64,000 bases of DNA, taken from positions 1 through 64,000 of the IMG/VR virus record IMGVR_UViG_3300028591_000008; one strand, given 5' to 3'. This stretch comes from a virus. Lineage: Duplodnaviria; Caudoviricetes. Positions 34,001-45,778 of the stretch are shown piece after piece. The notes below the pieces were generated by a model. The model had not been told where the DNA came from. It worked only from the letters and a program-made list of their open reading frames with translations, and ran no database searches. Position 1 is the stretch's first letter, and each line of letters opens with the position of its first letter. Both the position numbers and the translations under genes were made by a program.

Positions 34001-35717
34001 AACCGCAGATATTGTTAATACTGATGGCACAATTAAATCATCTGTAATTCAATCTACTTTTGATAGTAATAATGATTTAATATACGGCGCGCAGAATGAA
34101 TCTGTTACTATGGATAATACTGGTATTACTGTTACTACAAAAGATGACGCAGTAAGACAAGTAAAAGTTACTTCGGGCGGTTTGTTTGTTTCAAATGATG
34201 GCGGTATGACTTGGAAGAATGCTATACGTGGTGACGGCATTACTGCTGATGTAATTACTGCCGGATCATTGAATGTTGAATAGGTAACTATTTACGGAAA
34301 AGATTCTCCAAGTTTTCTGTGGGATGACAAAGGTATTAGTGCATTTGAAGTTAATAATAGTGGAACTAATTTTTCAAAATATGTACGATTTGATAAATAT
34401 GGTATTTATGGTATTAATAACAATTCCAACTTTTCCCCTACTAGTGAAAATGATGTTTATAATACGGCAAATTTTGGATTAACTTGGTCTAAATTCTTTA
34501 TGAAAAACAGTGATGGTAGTGGTAGGTCTATTGAAATTTCTACTGATAAAGACATAGTAGTAAAATCTAATAATATTAATCGAATTGTAATTGGACGAAT
34601 TGATCCAATATTAGAACCAAATAATTATGGAATGCAAGTTAGAAATGCAGCTGGAGATTTAATTTTCTAGTGCGATACAAATGGTTCAAATATTGCCGGA
34701 TGGTAGCTGGGTTCTTATAAAGAAAACGGAGTAGAACAATATAAATATTTAAAAAGTGGTAATATTGAAATGCGATCAGATGGATCGATTGGCTGTTTTG
34801 CATAGAGTGCTGATACTTTATAGGAATTTACATATAGAGTTACCACCACTAGTAGTTTTACTGCTACAAATATGAGAACTGGAGTTGATACACCCATAGA
34901 TCAAGGTGTTAATATTTTTGTTTTTAGTAGCTATATAGGAAATAGAGTTACTAGTAAAATTATAACAGAGGACTATAATTCAGCAGAGGATAATAATCCA
35001 GAGTCTCGACCATCTCCGCAGTCAACAATATAGTTTAGATATGATAATAAAAACTTTTTAATAGACGTTACTACTTGGACGAATACAATAGGGAAGACCA
35101 CCCATACTACTCAAGTTATACCAATAAGTCAAACTTAGAGTGATTATACCACCACTTATATATATCAATTTACCTTAACTGCAAAAATTGATTCTAATAA
35201 TATATTTTCAATTCCTTGGAATTATAATCCTCCGAATGGACCATATATTAAACCTAAATATATTCCTCCTGCAGATTTTAAATGGAGTATTGATTAGGAT
35301 GGTAACGCCATTTTCCATGATATTGTCGCGGATGGTGGAACTATAGCTGGGTGGTTTATTGATAATGAAAAAATTTATCAAACCGTTGATGGTACACGAG
35401 AAGGTGCAATTAAAACTTAGTTGAATTCTAAGGGAACTGCATCTCAAGGTGGACTTGATTATAGTATTATTACAGATGCAATTTAGTCTGCAATGGCAAC
35501 AATAGGAAATGTATAGTTAGCAAATGGATTGATTAATGGACAGGATATTGTTTAGTTAGCAAGTGCAGTATAGTATGCAGTAAATTTAGCACAATCTGCA
35601 TATAATAAAGCTGATTCAATTGATTTAAGTGGTTATGTACCCAAAACTTGGATTACAAGTATTTATAGTTCACACTCTCATAGAGTCAACGGTGACTCTA
35701 CTAGTGGTCCTATTTAA
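31020..35717 (+). CDS. Large tail tip/host-specificity protein, ~1565 aa (TAG read-through)
   Basis: Fragments 31962, 33744 and 33939 in one frame; GITADVITAGSL and IAGW repeats typical of tail spikes. Confidence 0.75.
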
Positions 35718-35752
35718 AATAAAAGCAGGTATTTCTACCTGCTTTTTATTTT
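35717..35752. terminator. Bidirectional intrinsic terminator between convergent blocks
   Basis: AAAATAAAAGCAGGTA-TTTC-TACCTGCTTTTTATTTT. Confidence 0.85.
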
Positions 35753-36102
35753 ACCATATATTGAATCCCTTCAATATCTTCCATATTTAATTCATATCCT
35801 TCTAGTTCTTCTAATGGAATCTTCATAATCTCAATATCACTTTCAATATCCATTAACTCATTAATTTTCTAATTTACTTCTTCTACATTTTCTTTTAAAA
35901 TAACTATATCCCCTTGCTTATCTTTTGTCCCATACTCCATTAGAATTTTCTAACGCAAGTCATAAATTATTTTTGCTTCTTGCTAAAGCTTTTCTTTATT
36001 TTTTAATAAGGCGTATCCAACCGAAACTTTTAATTTTAAACTTTTATCCTAACTAATTCTACTTATAGTTTCATAAAGTTCTAATATTTCACCATTTTTC
36101 AA
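35746..36102 (-). CDS. Hypothetical acidic helical protein (TAG read-through)
   Basis: GGAGG RBS, TTG start, four TAGs, TAA inside the terminator. Confidence 0.6.
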
Positions 36103-36104
36103 TT

Positions 36105-36830
36105 TTACTCTGCCTCCCAATCAACTATTTCTACTTTAGGAGACTATATATCACTAAAGTATTTCCCTATACCAATTGCATCGCATTCATCTTCTGTTGG
36201 CTATAAATTAAACCATTCTTTAACAAGTCGCTACATACTTCTTTTCCTATCAGGTCTTGATTTTCCCTTTACACCACAATGTGCACGCCAAGTATTTGTT
36301 GGAGCAATCTTATAGCTAATCTTTTCTTCATAGCAAGTGGCCGCGAGAATACCTTGAAGGCGCGCGAGGGTCTCAAAAGTAGTAACACCTGCGGCAGTCT
36401 AATATTGAATTCCCTCTAATCCAACAAAATCTATTTCATACTAGTCAATTAAAGAGATTAACCACTACTTTACCTATACACTTCTTTCAATATCATTTTC
36501 TCCAGAAGTTTCAAAAGTTCCATAATCAATTAGATTTTTATTATTAAAAACTGCATAACCACTTACATGTGTTGCCTAATCTAAAGCAAGAATGCGGTAT
36601 TCTCCTTTTTTCTTTTTGGTATTTTTAAATTCTTTGGTTTTTAAGCGCTCGCGCATGCAAGTTGGACAAATACGATTATCTCGAATTTTTTTCCAAGGGG
36701 CCACAACAGTGTGGCCCCTATCACATTTAAATTCTAAGTTAGAGTCGAGATTCTAATATGTTTCGCTTATCAGTGTCCATCCATCAGCTGATATACTATT
36801 TTTAATCTCGTCAATACTTATGCGGGCCAT
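36105..36830 (-). CDS. ruvC: RuvC-like Holliday junction resolvase with N-terminal zinc finger (10 in-frame TAGs)
   Basis: ILALD*ATHVSGYAVF, VGLEGIQ, W...G, EDECDAIGIG; N-terminal C..GH...CPTC. Confidence 0.82.
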
Positions 36831-37726
36831 TACATCACCCCAGTACTACCAAAGCCCGCGCCATGATCGTCTTTAAAGCCACCGAGAGAATTAACTTGCC
36901 GCCACTTTATACGAGGTACTTCAATAAGGCGAAGTTGCGCGAAGCGTTCACCCTTACCAATTGTAATTGGGCCACCATATTCTTTAACAAGTTCAAGGTG
37001 ATCAGAGGGATTGTAAATATCTACATCTTTCACATGAATATCTGTATTCTCAACAATCACGCCAATCTCTTCATGATAATCTTCATCAATAAGACCAGGA
37101 CTATTAGGAATTCGCATTTTCATGCGCGCGCTCATACCAGAACGAGGTTGAATAAGTAGAGCATATCCATGTGGAATTGCTACTTTAATACCAATAGGAA
37201 TAATTACTGTCTTCCCGCAATCAATAGTGTATTCTTCTGGTGAATAAATATCCATGGCGGCCGCGCCATTTGTAGAATACGTAGGAAGCTTTGCATTTTC
37301 TCTACAGAGTTCCACTGGAATTTCTACTATATGCGCGGGATTAATAGTGGAAGAAGCAATTGAATTTGCAGCAGCAGCAAATAGAAATCTAATAAAATCC
37401 TTTTTAGACTCACTAAGATTAGTTTCGCCAGAAGCAAAAACTTGATCAATAACTTCGTCACTAGCATTTATAATATCATTGACAGAAAGCCCGGCTTGAC
37501 CCATTAATTTTATAAGTTGCATTTGTGCTTGTGGATCATCATAAGCTTTAGCCATAGTTTCTTGAAAAATTGGACGAATTATTTCAAATTCTTCATCAGG
37601 TACACTAAGTAAGGCAGCAAAAAGATCCATACCACTAGCTTCGGGATTACTAAGAGCTTCATCAAGAATTCCTAAACTTTCAAGGCTTAGCTAATCAAAA
37701 GCTTTACTAACATCATTCTCATTCAT
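36830..37726 (-). CDS. dut: Trimeric dUTPase with long N-terminal extension (TAG at codon 12)
   Basis: Motifs AAMDI, PRSG, GLIDEDY, GERFAQL, GFGSTG. Confidence 0.88.
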
Positions 37727-37937
37727 CTTCCCATACCTCACCAAAAATCTTTGTCGCGGTTACAATCCAAGCTTCGGCGATTACTTCTCCTTTTGCTTTT
37801 TTAGTTTTATATTTGTAACCATTTGCACCGAGAGTATATCCTTCTTTATTTTGATTTGCACGCAAATCGCTGAGGGCTTGAATAGCTTCTTCTTCACTAT
37901 ATGCTTTAAATTCTTCCGTAACTTTAAGTTTTCTCAT
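37719..37937 (-). CDS. Hypothetical protein
   Basis: AAGGAG RBS, intact ORF. Confidence 0.75.
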   Translation of the reverse strand: MRKLKVTEEFKAYSEEEAIQALSDLRANQNKEGYTLGANGYKYKTKKAKGEVIAEAWIVTATKIFGEVWEDE

Positions 37938-37950
37938 TTATTTACTCCTT

Positions 37951-38220
37951 TTACTCAACTGAATTATGTGCTTCACAGGTTATCTGAATTGGGTTAGGAA
38001 TGTCACCTGGTGTTGTGGTTATATTTGGATTTATTTCTTTATTCCCAAGATAGGTTATAGTGGGACTGCTCCACCAATTAGAATGATTGCTAGAAACACC
38101 TTTATTATAACCATCATTATAGCCCTAGTCATAAGCTTCTCTTAAGAAATTTTCAAATTCTTTCTTAGTTAGAGCAATCTTATCAGTATTTTCATTTATA
38201 TAAACTACAAAAGGTTTCAT
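37951..38220 (-). CDS. Hypothetical protein (one TAG)
   Basis: ATGA overlap with the permease stop; EAYD*GYNDGY. Confidence 0.6.
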
Positions 38221-39440
38221 ATTTTTTTCTCCCGTAAAATAAGATTTAAAATAACTCCTGTAACAAGTGCTAACGCCGTACCACTTAAATTAAATACTTC
38301 GCCACCAAGAACTACTCCGCTAATTCCTAATGATAATACTACAGAACAAATAATTAAATTCTTTTGATTATTAAAATCAACATTTTTCAAAAGACGAATA
38401 CCGCTTGAACTAATAAAACCATATAGCACGCAAGCAGTACCGCCGCCAATAACACAAGAAGGAATTGAAGCTATAAATGCTTGTACTGGTTCAAAGAAAC
38501 CAAGCGCCATCATCATAAGTGCTGCGACAAATGTAACTTTAGTTGAAGCGCATTTACTAAATCCGACTGCAGCCACGCCCTCACCGTAAGAACAAGCACC
38601 TAAACCACCAAATAAACTAGTGGCTAAATTAGCGGCACCCTCACCTACAAAAATTCTTCCAAGACCAGGCTCTTTATATAGATCTACTCCAATAATGCCA
38701 CCAAGCGCGGCGTGATCACTTAAACATTCACAAATAGCACTAATTGTAAAAGCTATATACATAATAATTATAGGAATAATTGATTTATCTACTTTATGCA
38801 TATTCATAAAAGCAAAAGTTGGAACATTAATTAAATGAATATTATTAAATACAGAAAAATCAACAAGTCCAAAAGGAATTGCAACTATATAACCAACTAA
38901 AGTACCGATTAAGAATGGAAACATAGCCAGCGCGCCCTTAAAGTAATGACTTGAAATTGCAATTGCTAATACTGTAATTAATGCAATTATCAATCCAATA
39001 TTACCTGTGTCGCCAATATATCCAGGAATAAAACTCATTAAGTTAATACCAATTACAACAGTTACTGAACCAATTAGAACTCTTGGCATTACTTTATATA
39101 AATTATCTACTGAAATATAATTAAAAATTAATCCAAAAATAATATATACAATACAACTAATAGCGCCACCGATGGCTACTGCTGTATATCCTCCAACCGC
39201 GAGTGCTGCAAGAACTGGAGCTACAAAAGCGCCACTATTTGAGATAAACATCGGAGATTTGCCTTTAGTTACCAGCCAATAAACAATAGTTGCCAATCCA
39301 GCTCCAAAGAAAGCGCCAGAAAGTGGGACGCCGCATACTTGTGCGATAAGAGCTGTTGCTGTAAAGCAACTAAGCATTACCTAAAGAGAAAACAATAACA
39401 ATTTTCCAATTGGTGGCTTATCATTTATATTATATATCAT
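38217..39440 (-). CDS. NCS2-family uracil/xanthine permease (TAG at codon 20)
   Basis: Multi-TM; LFSL*VML matches the LQH region of TM1; SYGEGVAAV signature region; IPSCVIGG...LYGFI; NL.I.S..L..G. Confidence 0.88.
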
Positions 39441-40024
39441 TATTCATTCCTCCAAAACTTTTCATATTCTTCCATACTCATTTTTGTCTCTTTAAGAAGT
39501 TCAGTAATACCATAATTATTTAGCATCCATTCTTTAATAGCTTTAATTGCATCTTCAATATTAGATACTAACATACCATATTCTTTAATCAAACCAGTAA
39601 CATAAAGATTTTGGTAGCTGTACTGCTGTTCTCCAAGACTCGCAGCGCCGCCGTTATCTTTTGCTTCACTATGAGTAAGCGCGCATTGTCGATTATCGGT
39701 ACAAATTCCAACTATATATTTAATATCGCCACGAGCAATTTTTTCATGAAATTTACCAATTTCGGCACACGTACCTGCAGGAAGTACATCACCATCAATA
39801 CAAGCAATTAATATATCTGTATTATCAAGACGCTTATTATCCGCAGCTGCAATTTCTTTGCTACCTGCAAATTTTTTCTTTCCTTCTACTCCATTAATAT
39901 CAGTATTTTCTACTGGGCTATATAAATCAATGTTAGGAAAGGCATTTCGAATTTTCATCGCCCATTCTGTATTTCGTAGAAGATCACCATAAGTAAAAAT
40001 AGGACCTGCTAAGTATGCTTTCAT
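39440..40024 (-). CDS. Nucleoside 2-deoxyribosyltransferase / nucleotide N-glycosidase-fold protein
   Basis: YLAGPIF, YSP, D..RLD..D....IDG, GT.AEIG. Confidence 0.8.
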   Translation of the reverse strand: MKAYLAGPIFTYGDLLRNTEWAMKIRNAFPNIDLYSPVENTDINGVEGKKKFAGSKEIAAADNKRLDNTDILIACIDGDVLPAGTCAEIGKFHEKIARGDIKYIVGICTDNRQCALTHSEAKDNGGAASLGEQQYSYQNLYVTGLIKEYGMLVSNIEDAIKAIKEWMLNNYGITELLKETKMSMEEYEKFWRNE

Positions 40025-40027
40025 ATT

Positions 40028-41233
40028 TTACTCCTTTATTAATTCTTCTGTTTTTTCATAAATGGTTTCATTAGTAATTAAATCAAATATATAATATTCA
40101 TTATCTTCAACTACCAAATGAAGAATATAATTTTTAATATTTTCAAAATCTGTCTTTAAGTCTAATGATTCAATTACAGTTTCAATTAAAGTCATATCTA
40201 TTTCTTCATCATTAGCTTTTTTGTTAGATTCGTTAATAAACTCTTCAGTTACATTATATTTTACTTCAATTGCAAATTCATCAGCATTAATTTCATATGA
40301 CTCTAGATAGTTTTCTTGAATATATTCAGTTTTTTCTTCTTCAGCTTTTAGGCGTTCTTCCTCATAATGTTTTAAAATATCTTCAAAATATTCTTCTACT
40401 TGCTGAGCAAAAATATCTTCATCTGTTATTTCATACTCAGGACTCGGAACCGGGGTATCCGTGGGCTCAGGAATAGGTTCAGTAGTCACTATAGGAGTAG
40501 GCTCAATGGTAGGTTCTGGAGTTGATGTAGGTTCTACTGTGGGAATTGGGGTAGGTTCTATAGTGGGTACTGGAGTAGGCTCAATGGTGGGGATAGGAGT
40601 CGGTTCTACTGTAGGTATTGGAGTAAGAGTGGGTTCTACTGTAGGAGCAGGGGTGGGAATTGGAGTTGGAGTTGGAGTTGGATGAAGAGCAGGTATAACA
40701 GAAATTAAAGCAGCTTTGGTACTAACACTTCCAACATTATTACTATAACGACAATAGACCCACCAACCGTTTAAGCCATATACTACATTTTTTAGATGCA
40801 ATGTACTATACATTCCGTCAATAATTTCTACAGTTGGAAATATCTCTTGTGCAGCTTGATAAGCTAAATCAGTTTTACCATCTGGGCTCACAAAATGCCA
40901 TACCGCGATTGTTGCATTTTCATATTTAGCAACGAAATAACACTCTCCGCCTTCTTGTACAACCTCATCAGTGGGACTCTTCGTAATAATAGGTAGAGAA
41001 GGAGTTGGTATTACCGTTGGAGTTGGTTTTTGAGTTGGCACTGGCGTAGGTGTAGGCGTAGGTATCGCAGTTGGTTTAGGGGTTATCACAGGAAAAGGAG
41101 ATGTAGTTGGTGTTGGAGTGACTTCAATTGTTGGGGTTGGAGTCACTTCTATATTAGGTGTTTTTTTCTATCCACATCCCATAAAAGAAAAACAACAGGC
41201 GATTACCAAAAAATAAATAATTATTTTTTTCAT
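40028..41233 (-). CDS. Lipoprotein with Pro/Thr-rich linkers, Ig-like domain and acidic tail (TAG at codon 22)
   Basis: MKKNNYLFLVIACCFSFMG-C lipobox; (PT)n and PTIEPT repeats; ITKSP...W...Y.C..SN..G Ig pattern; own promoter at 41292-41320. Confidence 0.75.
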
Positions 41234-41322
41234 ATTATTACCTCTTATTATATTCAAAATTTTATAATAAAACTCTTCCATTTCTATATATATTATATCA
41301 CAAATGGAAGAGAAAATCAAAT

Positions 41323-41850
41323 TTACGGTTCAAGATATTTAATTTTTTTATTTAATTCTCTTGCCCACTCAATTTCATTTTTAGTGGACTCACCGATATA
41401 TCCATTTGGATTAATAACAAAAATCATATCAGACATTTCAATTTTTGCTTTATGCATTTCGTCTAATTTTTCTTTTGTTCCTTCTTCCCAAACTTCATTA
41501 TCGCCAGAATGTCCAAACAAACCAACACTTAATACTATATATCCCTCAAGTGTTAATTTCTTTTGAACTTCTAAAAATTCATCCTTAAATTTGGTGCTGC
41601 CGCATAAAGTAACTATTGGGTACTTTTTTACTTTATAATATCTACCACAATGACAAAATCCAGCGTGGTTTTGTTCTTTAAATTCCTTACACATACAACG
41701 CGTTTCTGGAATTTTTTCAATCGCGCAACAACAATATCCATCATTATCTTTTATAGCTTCTTCAATTTGTTTGCGATGAATAAAATCAGGATTTGGTAAA
41801 ATCTCATACTCATCTTTATTACTGATTCGCATAGCTTTTATTTTCTCCAC
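41323..41850 (-). CDS. Ferredoxin:thioredoxin-reductase catalytic-like domain fused to a flavodoxin-like domain (start uncertain)
   Basis: GYCCC...CMC...CHCGRY followed by VTLCGS...HKAKIEMSD...GYIGESTKNEIEWA. Confidence 0.65.
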   Translation of the reverse strand: MEKIKAMRISNKDEYEILPNPDFIHRKQIEEAIKDNDGYCCCAIEKIPETRCMCKEFKEQNHAGFCHCGRYYKVKKYPIVTLCGSTKFKDEFLEVQKKLTLEGYIVLSVGLFGHSGDNEVWEEGTKEKLDEMHKAKIEMSDMIFVINPNGYIGESTKNEIEWARELNKKIKYLEP

Positions 41851-41881
41851 AATTTGTTCCTAAATATTCAAAAATATCGCC

Positions 41882-42355
41882 TCAACATATATTTTTTGCA
41901 TACTGATTATTAGAAGCTAACTCTACTCCTAAAATAGTATCAAATATATGTGGAGAATTTGGCATAAACCTTCCAAATTTTACAATAATATTATCTAATT
42001 GAGATAAAAATTCTATTTTATCTTGAACTTCTTCTTCTTTATAACCAGTATAAATTATAATTGGATCTTTTGAGAATCCGCGAAAAACACAAATAAAGCT
42101 CCATAGATCATCCCAACTATCAAAAGGTTCAAGGCCACCGCAGACAATTGCATGAGTTAAAGAATTGTTTAAATATCTTTGTACTACATCTATACTTCTA
42201 ATTTCAACTTCTGGCTCATGTGCGAGCGCTGAATTTTGACATATCTCGCGCCCGCACTCTTTGTCGCATTTAAAAGTACAGTTGGGAAAGATTAGAAACA
42301 TGGATGGATTTTTATAATTACATATATCGTAGTCATTTAAGCCCTTAAGTTTCAT
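41882..42355 (-). CDS. nrdG: Anaerobic RNR activase (radical SAM)
   Basis: CTFKCDKEC, GGLEP, IYTGY, ASNNQ; adjacent to nrdD. Confidence 0.85.
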   Translation of the reverse strand: MKLKGLNDYDICNYKNPSMFLIFPNCTFKCDKECGREICQNSALAHEPEVEIRSIDVVQRYLNNSLTHAIVCGGLEPFDSWDDLWSFICVFRGFSKDPIIIYTGYKEEEVQDKIEFLSQLDNIIVKFGRFMPNSPHIFDTILGVELASNNQYAKNIC

Positions 42356-44277
42356 GCATCTGCTCCTTTTTCATTTAAAGGCATCCATTCACGTAGTTTA
42401 AATTCTGCTTTACGCTCTTTAGAATAGGTTTTGGTTGGAGTATAAAAACCAACTATTCTTGTATACTCAGTTTCAACCGGTTCTCCACAAACTGGACATA
42501 CCTTGCCATAAAAACTGTGATAATTTTTACATTGCGCGACTTTACCATTAAAAGCAAAATATGTTACACCCTGTGCTGCAACCCAATTTAGCATTTCCCA
42601 AGCTTGCTCAAATGTTGAGAATGGAGCATCAACATTAATATGTTCAATTGACCCACCATTACAGTAAGAATCAAATGCGGCGCAGATTTTGGTACGTTCG
42701 AGAATTGTTGCTTTAATTCCAAGTGGAATCCATTGGTTCCCATAAAGAGGAAGATCTTCTACAACTTTATCGGGGTAAAGGAATTTATCCGCGGCTTGCA
42801 TTTTCGCGGCGGCCTGTTCGGCTGGGACTTGCTCGATATTAAACTTATAGTTCTTATCAAGTGAGAAATTATCAATGCAATTACGAATCACTTGGAAGAT
42901 GCGGCGGCCAAGCGAATAAGCTTCATCTATATAATAAGTGTTACCAAATTCATCAACTTTGGTATAACCAAAAGTCTTCATAGCTTCATAAATACCATTT
43001 ACACCAATTGTTGAATATAAATGTTCAAAATCTACAAGACCAGAAGAAAAGCTAGGCAGTAGACCTTTCTCAACATTTCTAGTAATTATATCACGCTGAA
43101 CGTCAAGGATCTTTAGATTAAGTTCAGTAAGATTACGAAGCCGCACTAAAAATTCCTGCTCAGTTTTACTCTGATAAGCCAGGCGCGCGATATTTAAGGT
43201 AGAAACTTTAACAGAGCCGACTTTTAGTGCAGAACCGCCAATGGAATTAAAGTATAGATCAGTTACATCCGACTTGAGACGGCAGCAATTAGAAAGACTA
43301 TTAACTGTACTATCAGTAAAGAAATTGAAGAGGTTCCATTTGCGGCTAGCTTCACATGCCCAGCGTGCGAATTCATCATCAACAAATTCATTATTTACAT
43401 ACAAAAGTGAAGCCGTAAGAACTGGGAATGTAAAGATATTTTCTTCTCTAATTTCGTTTACAACATCAATAAAGTCTTTCTGGAACTGAATAATTTCTTC
43501 TTCTTCATCAATCATTAGTTCTCCATCAGGGAATATTGAGCCGCCAAAAATAGCCTCAAAATAGGGATGATCAAATACACTCACATTGGTAAAAGCTGCT
43601 TGATCTGTACGCACCCAAGGTTGGTTAAGACGATAGATAAGTGCTTGAAGTTGTTGGTGTTTATAAGTTTCTGGATCTTTAGTATAATAGCCAGCTTTTA
43701 CATCACGACTCCAAAAATAATAAAGATAAGGAATGAGGTTGGGTAAACCGACTGCGCCACTTTGACGGCGGCTGAGCCATGCGATTCCTTCCATTAGAAT
43801 TTGGATAAAGCTATCAAGGTGCTTCGCGGGCTTGGCATTATAATTCTCAATGAAAAATAGACCGCGTTCAACAATATCTTTAATATCATAAGCAAAACAA
43901 TAATGATAAAAAGTAGAAGTATTAAAATCATGCATATAAAGTGCATAGTTCCACATAGCTTCCATAGCTTCATTTGCTGTTTTAAAACCATACTTTTTAT
44001 TTAATTCATAATAAAGCTTATTAAAAGCAAGAAGCTTTTGATGTGGTTTTGACATTTCTGATAATAGAGTCACAATATCTTTTTGTGCGATATTAGCATT
44101 AGCATCTACAGATGCATTTGCCACATTATCAGAGTCAATAAAACCTTCAATAAAATCTGTAAGGCTTAACTTTTCATCATCAAGTCCTTGGAGTTTAAGG
44201 AATTCTTCTCCATATGTCTCAGCCATTTTATTAAACTGAGTCTAAAAATTCTTCTTTGTTCTAATATTTATATTCAT
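42352..44277 (-). CDS. nrdD: Class III anaerobic ribonucleotide reductase (TAG at codon 12)
   Basis: SNCCRL finger loop, EQVPAE, CPVCG, RIVGFY glycyl-radical motif. Confidence 0.92.
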
Positions 44278-44477
44278 TCTAACGTATTCACCCATTTAAT
44301 AGCTTCTGAGAAGCCGTAATATTTATCATCAACTTTAAGGATAGGAGCCGCCTTAAAACCAAGCTACTTCATTACTTCTATATCATCACAAGTAGTATAT
44401 TCAACAGATTTTCTATTTAATTTTGTCTCAAGAGCCCGGCATTGCGGGCAATGTGTAGTATACAATTTAATCTCCAT
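44274..44477 (-). CDS. Glutaredoxin/NrdH-like redoxin (one TAG)
   Basis: CPQC active site; AAPILKVDD after read-through; ATGA overlap with nrdD. Confidence 0.8.
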
Positions 44478-44667
44478 ATGTTGCTCCTTCAAAAGCATCA
44501 CAGTACTCACAAACTCCATCAATAAAATGATGGTTACATTGCTTGCGAAGATTGTCATTATCTTTCATTAGTTTTTGAATCTCGTCGGTTAAAACAAATT
44601 TATCAAGTGCTTTTCTAATCCAAGCATTATTATTATCAATTCGTTCCCGAATCTCGTTTCCACTCAT
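44467..44667 (-). CDS. Small zinc-binding protein
   Basis: MSGNEIRERI...CNHHF..GVCEYC. Confidence 0.65.
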   Translation of the reverse strand: MSGNEIRERIDNNNAWIRKALDKFVLTDEIQKLMKDNDNLRKQCNHHFIDGVCEYCDAFEGATYGD

Positions 44668-45778
44668 TAATAAGTTTTCCTCCTTGTAAAATAACATTAG
44701 GCATACTATAAAACATATCAAACACTTCATAATTATGTATACGCATATATTGAAAACTGTCTCTTATTTCTTGTAATGTTACCGAGAAGTGACTCCATGG
44801 CATTACTTCAAGGTAAGCTCTTTTTTTCCAAGCGCACCATTTATACAAAGTTTCTCTATGCGGTGGTATAAATTCGCACCGTGATCGTCCATAAAAACAG
44901 TTAAAAAGCTTCATAAGATTTAAAAGTTCTGGTGTCTTGAAGAATTCGTTGTTAATATTAAGTAAAATCTTTGTATCATGACTCCGTAAAAATAATAATT
45001 GCTTATAAAATTCTCCTAATTGATTCATCATAAAATGGTTCTCGTCGGAGCATCCATAGGTGAAATTATATACCATTTGCCGCAATCCAAGTATTGGTTT
45101 TTCACATAAGGCGACTAGTTCATCAGTAGTAAACATTCCATTATATTGTAGATAAAATACCGTTCCCATTGGTGGTAATTTTAACCACTTCATAAGTTCA
45201 TCAAAACTATATACGTTAATTGGATACTTATTCCCAATTCGATATGGGAGACCGCTCGGCCGCCTTCGACTTACATCTTCTAATAATTCAAATGCGCCTG
45301 GTATAGCTGATAAATCATAATCATGAAGAATTACAGATGGATGATATGGTTGAAGCCTTTCATAAGGGAAAGGCTCAAGTGTCTTTCCATCTAATGATAA
45401 TCTTACATGAGTTGCATTAAGAATTGTTCTAATTTCTTCTCGTCTAGGTTTGGTGGTACCATATTGCTCTTTATACTTTTTATAAATCTCGAAGTCAGGA
45501 ATAATATGTTCCATTTCAAGATTAAATGGTTTATATTGCTCAGAAAATGCGCGGCCGCCGTATTCAACATTTGGACGTAAAATTTTATTATCATAAATAC
45601 CATCATCATATTCTTTTCTAAAGAAAATACTAGTGTAACGAGCTGGCTCAAAATCTGGACTAAATACGACTATATCTCGTTTACTCTTGCGCCAAGCTGC
45701 ATATTTTGCACATTCCAAATTTGGAATAACACTGGGATAATGGAAGTAATCCCAATCATAAACTAAAATTACTGCCAT
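44636..45778 (-). CDS. Hypothetical protein, possibly a degenerate radical-SAM-associated fold
   Basis: D...PNLECAK...GG...PDFEIY N-terminus, but no CxxxCxxC. Confidence 0.6.
   Translation of the reverse strand: MAVILVYDWDYFHYPSVIPNLECAKYAAWRKSKRDIVVFSPDFEPARYTSIFFRKEYDDGIYDNKILRPNVEYGGRAFSEQYKPFNLEMEHIIPDFEIYKKYKEQYGTTKPRREEIRTILNATHVRLSLDGKTLEPFPYERLQPYHPSVILHDYDLSAIPGAFELLEDVSRRRPSGLPYRIGNKYPINVYSFDELMKWLKLPPMGTVFYLQYNGMFTTDELVALCEKPILGLRQMVYNFTYGCSDENHFMMNQLGEFYKQLLFLRSHDTKILLNINNEFFKTPELLNLMKLFNCFYGRSRCEFIPPHRETLYKWCAWKKRAYLEVMPWSHFSVTLQEIRDSFQYMRIHNYEVFDMFYSMPNVILQGGKLINEWKRDSGTN

Noticed and set aside
6845-36830. Late genes as pseudogenes of a decayed prophage
   Set aside because: Interruptions are only TAG, with frames preserved over kilobases and no frameshifts or internal TAA/TGA in the junctions I checked.
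40440-41150. Pro/Thr-coding repeats as a DNA repeat element or DGR
   Set aside because: The repeats are degenerate at synonymous positions, so they are protein-level low complexity; no reverse transcriptase is present.
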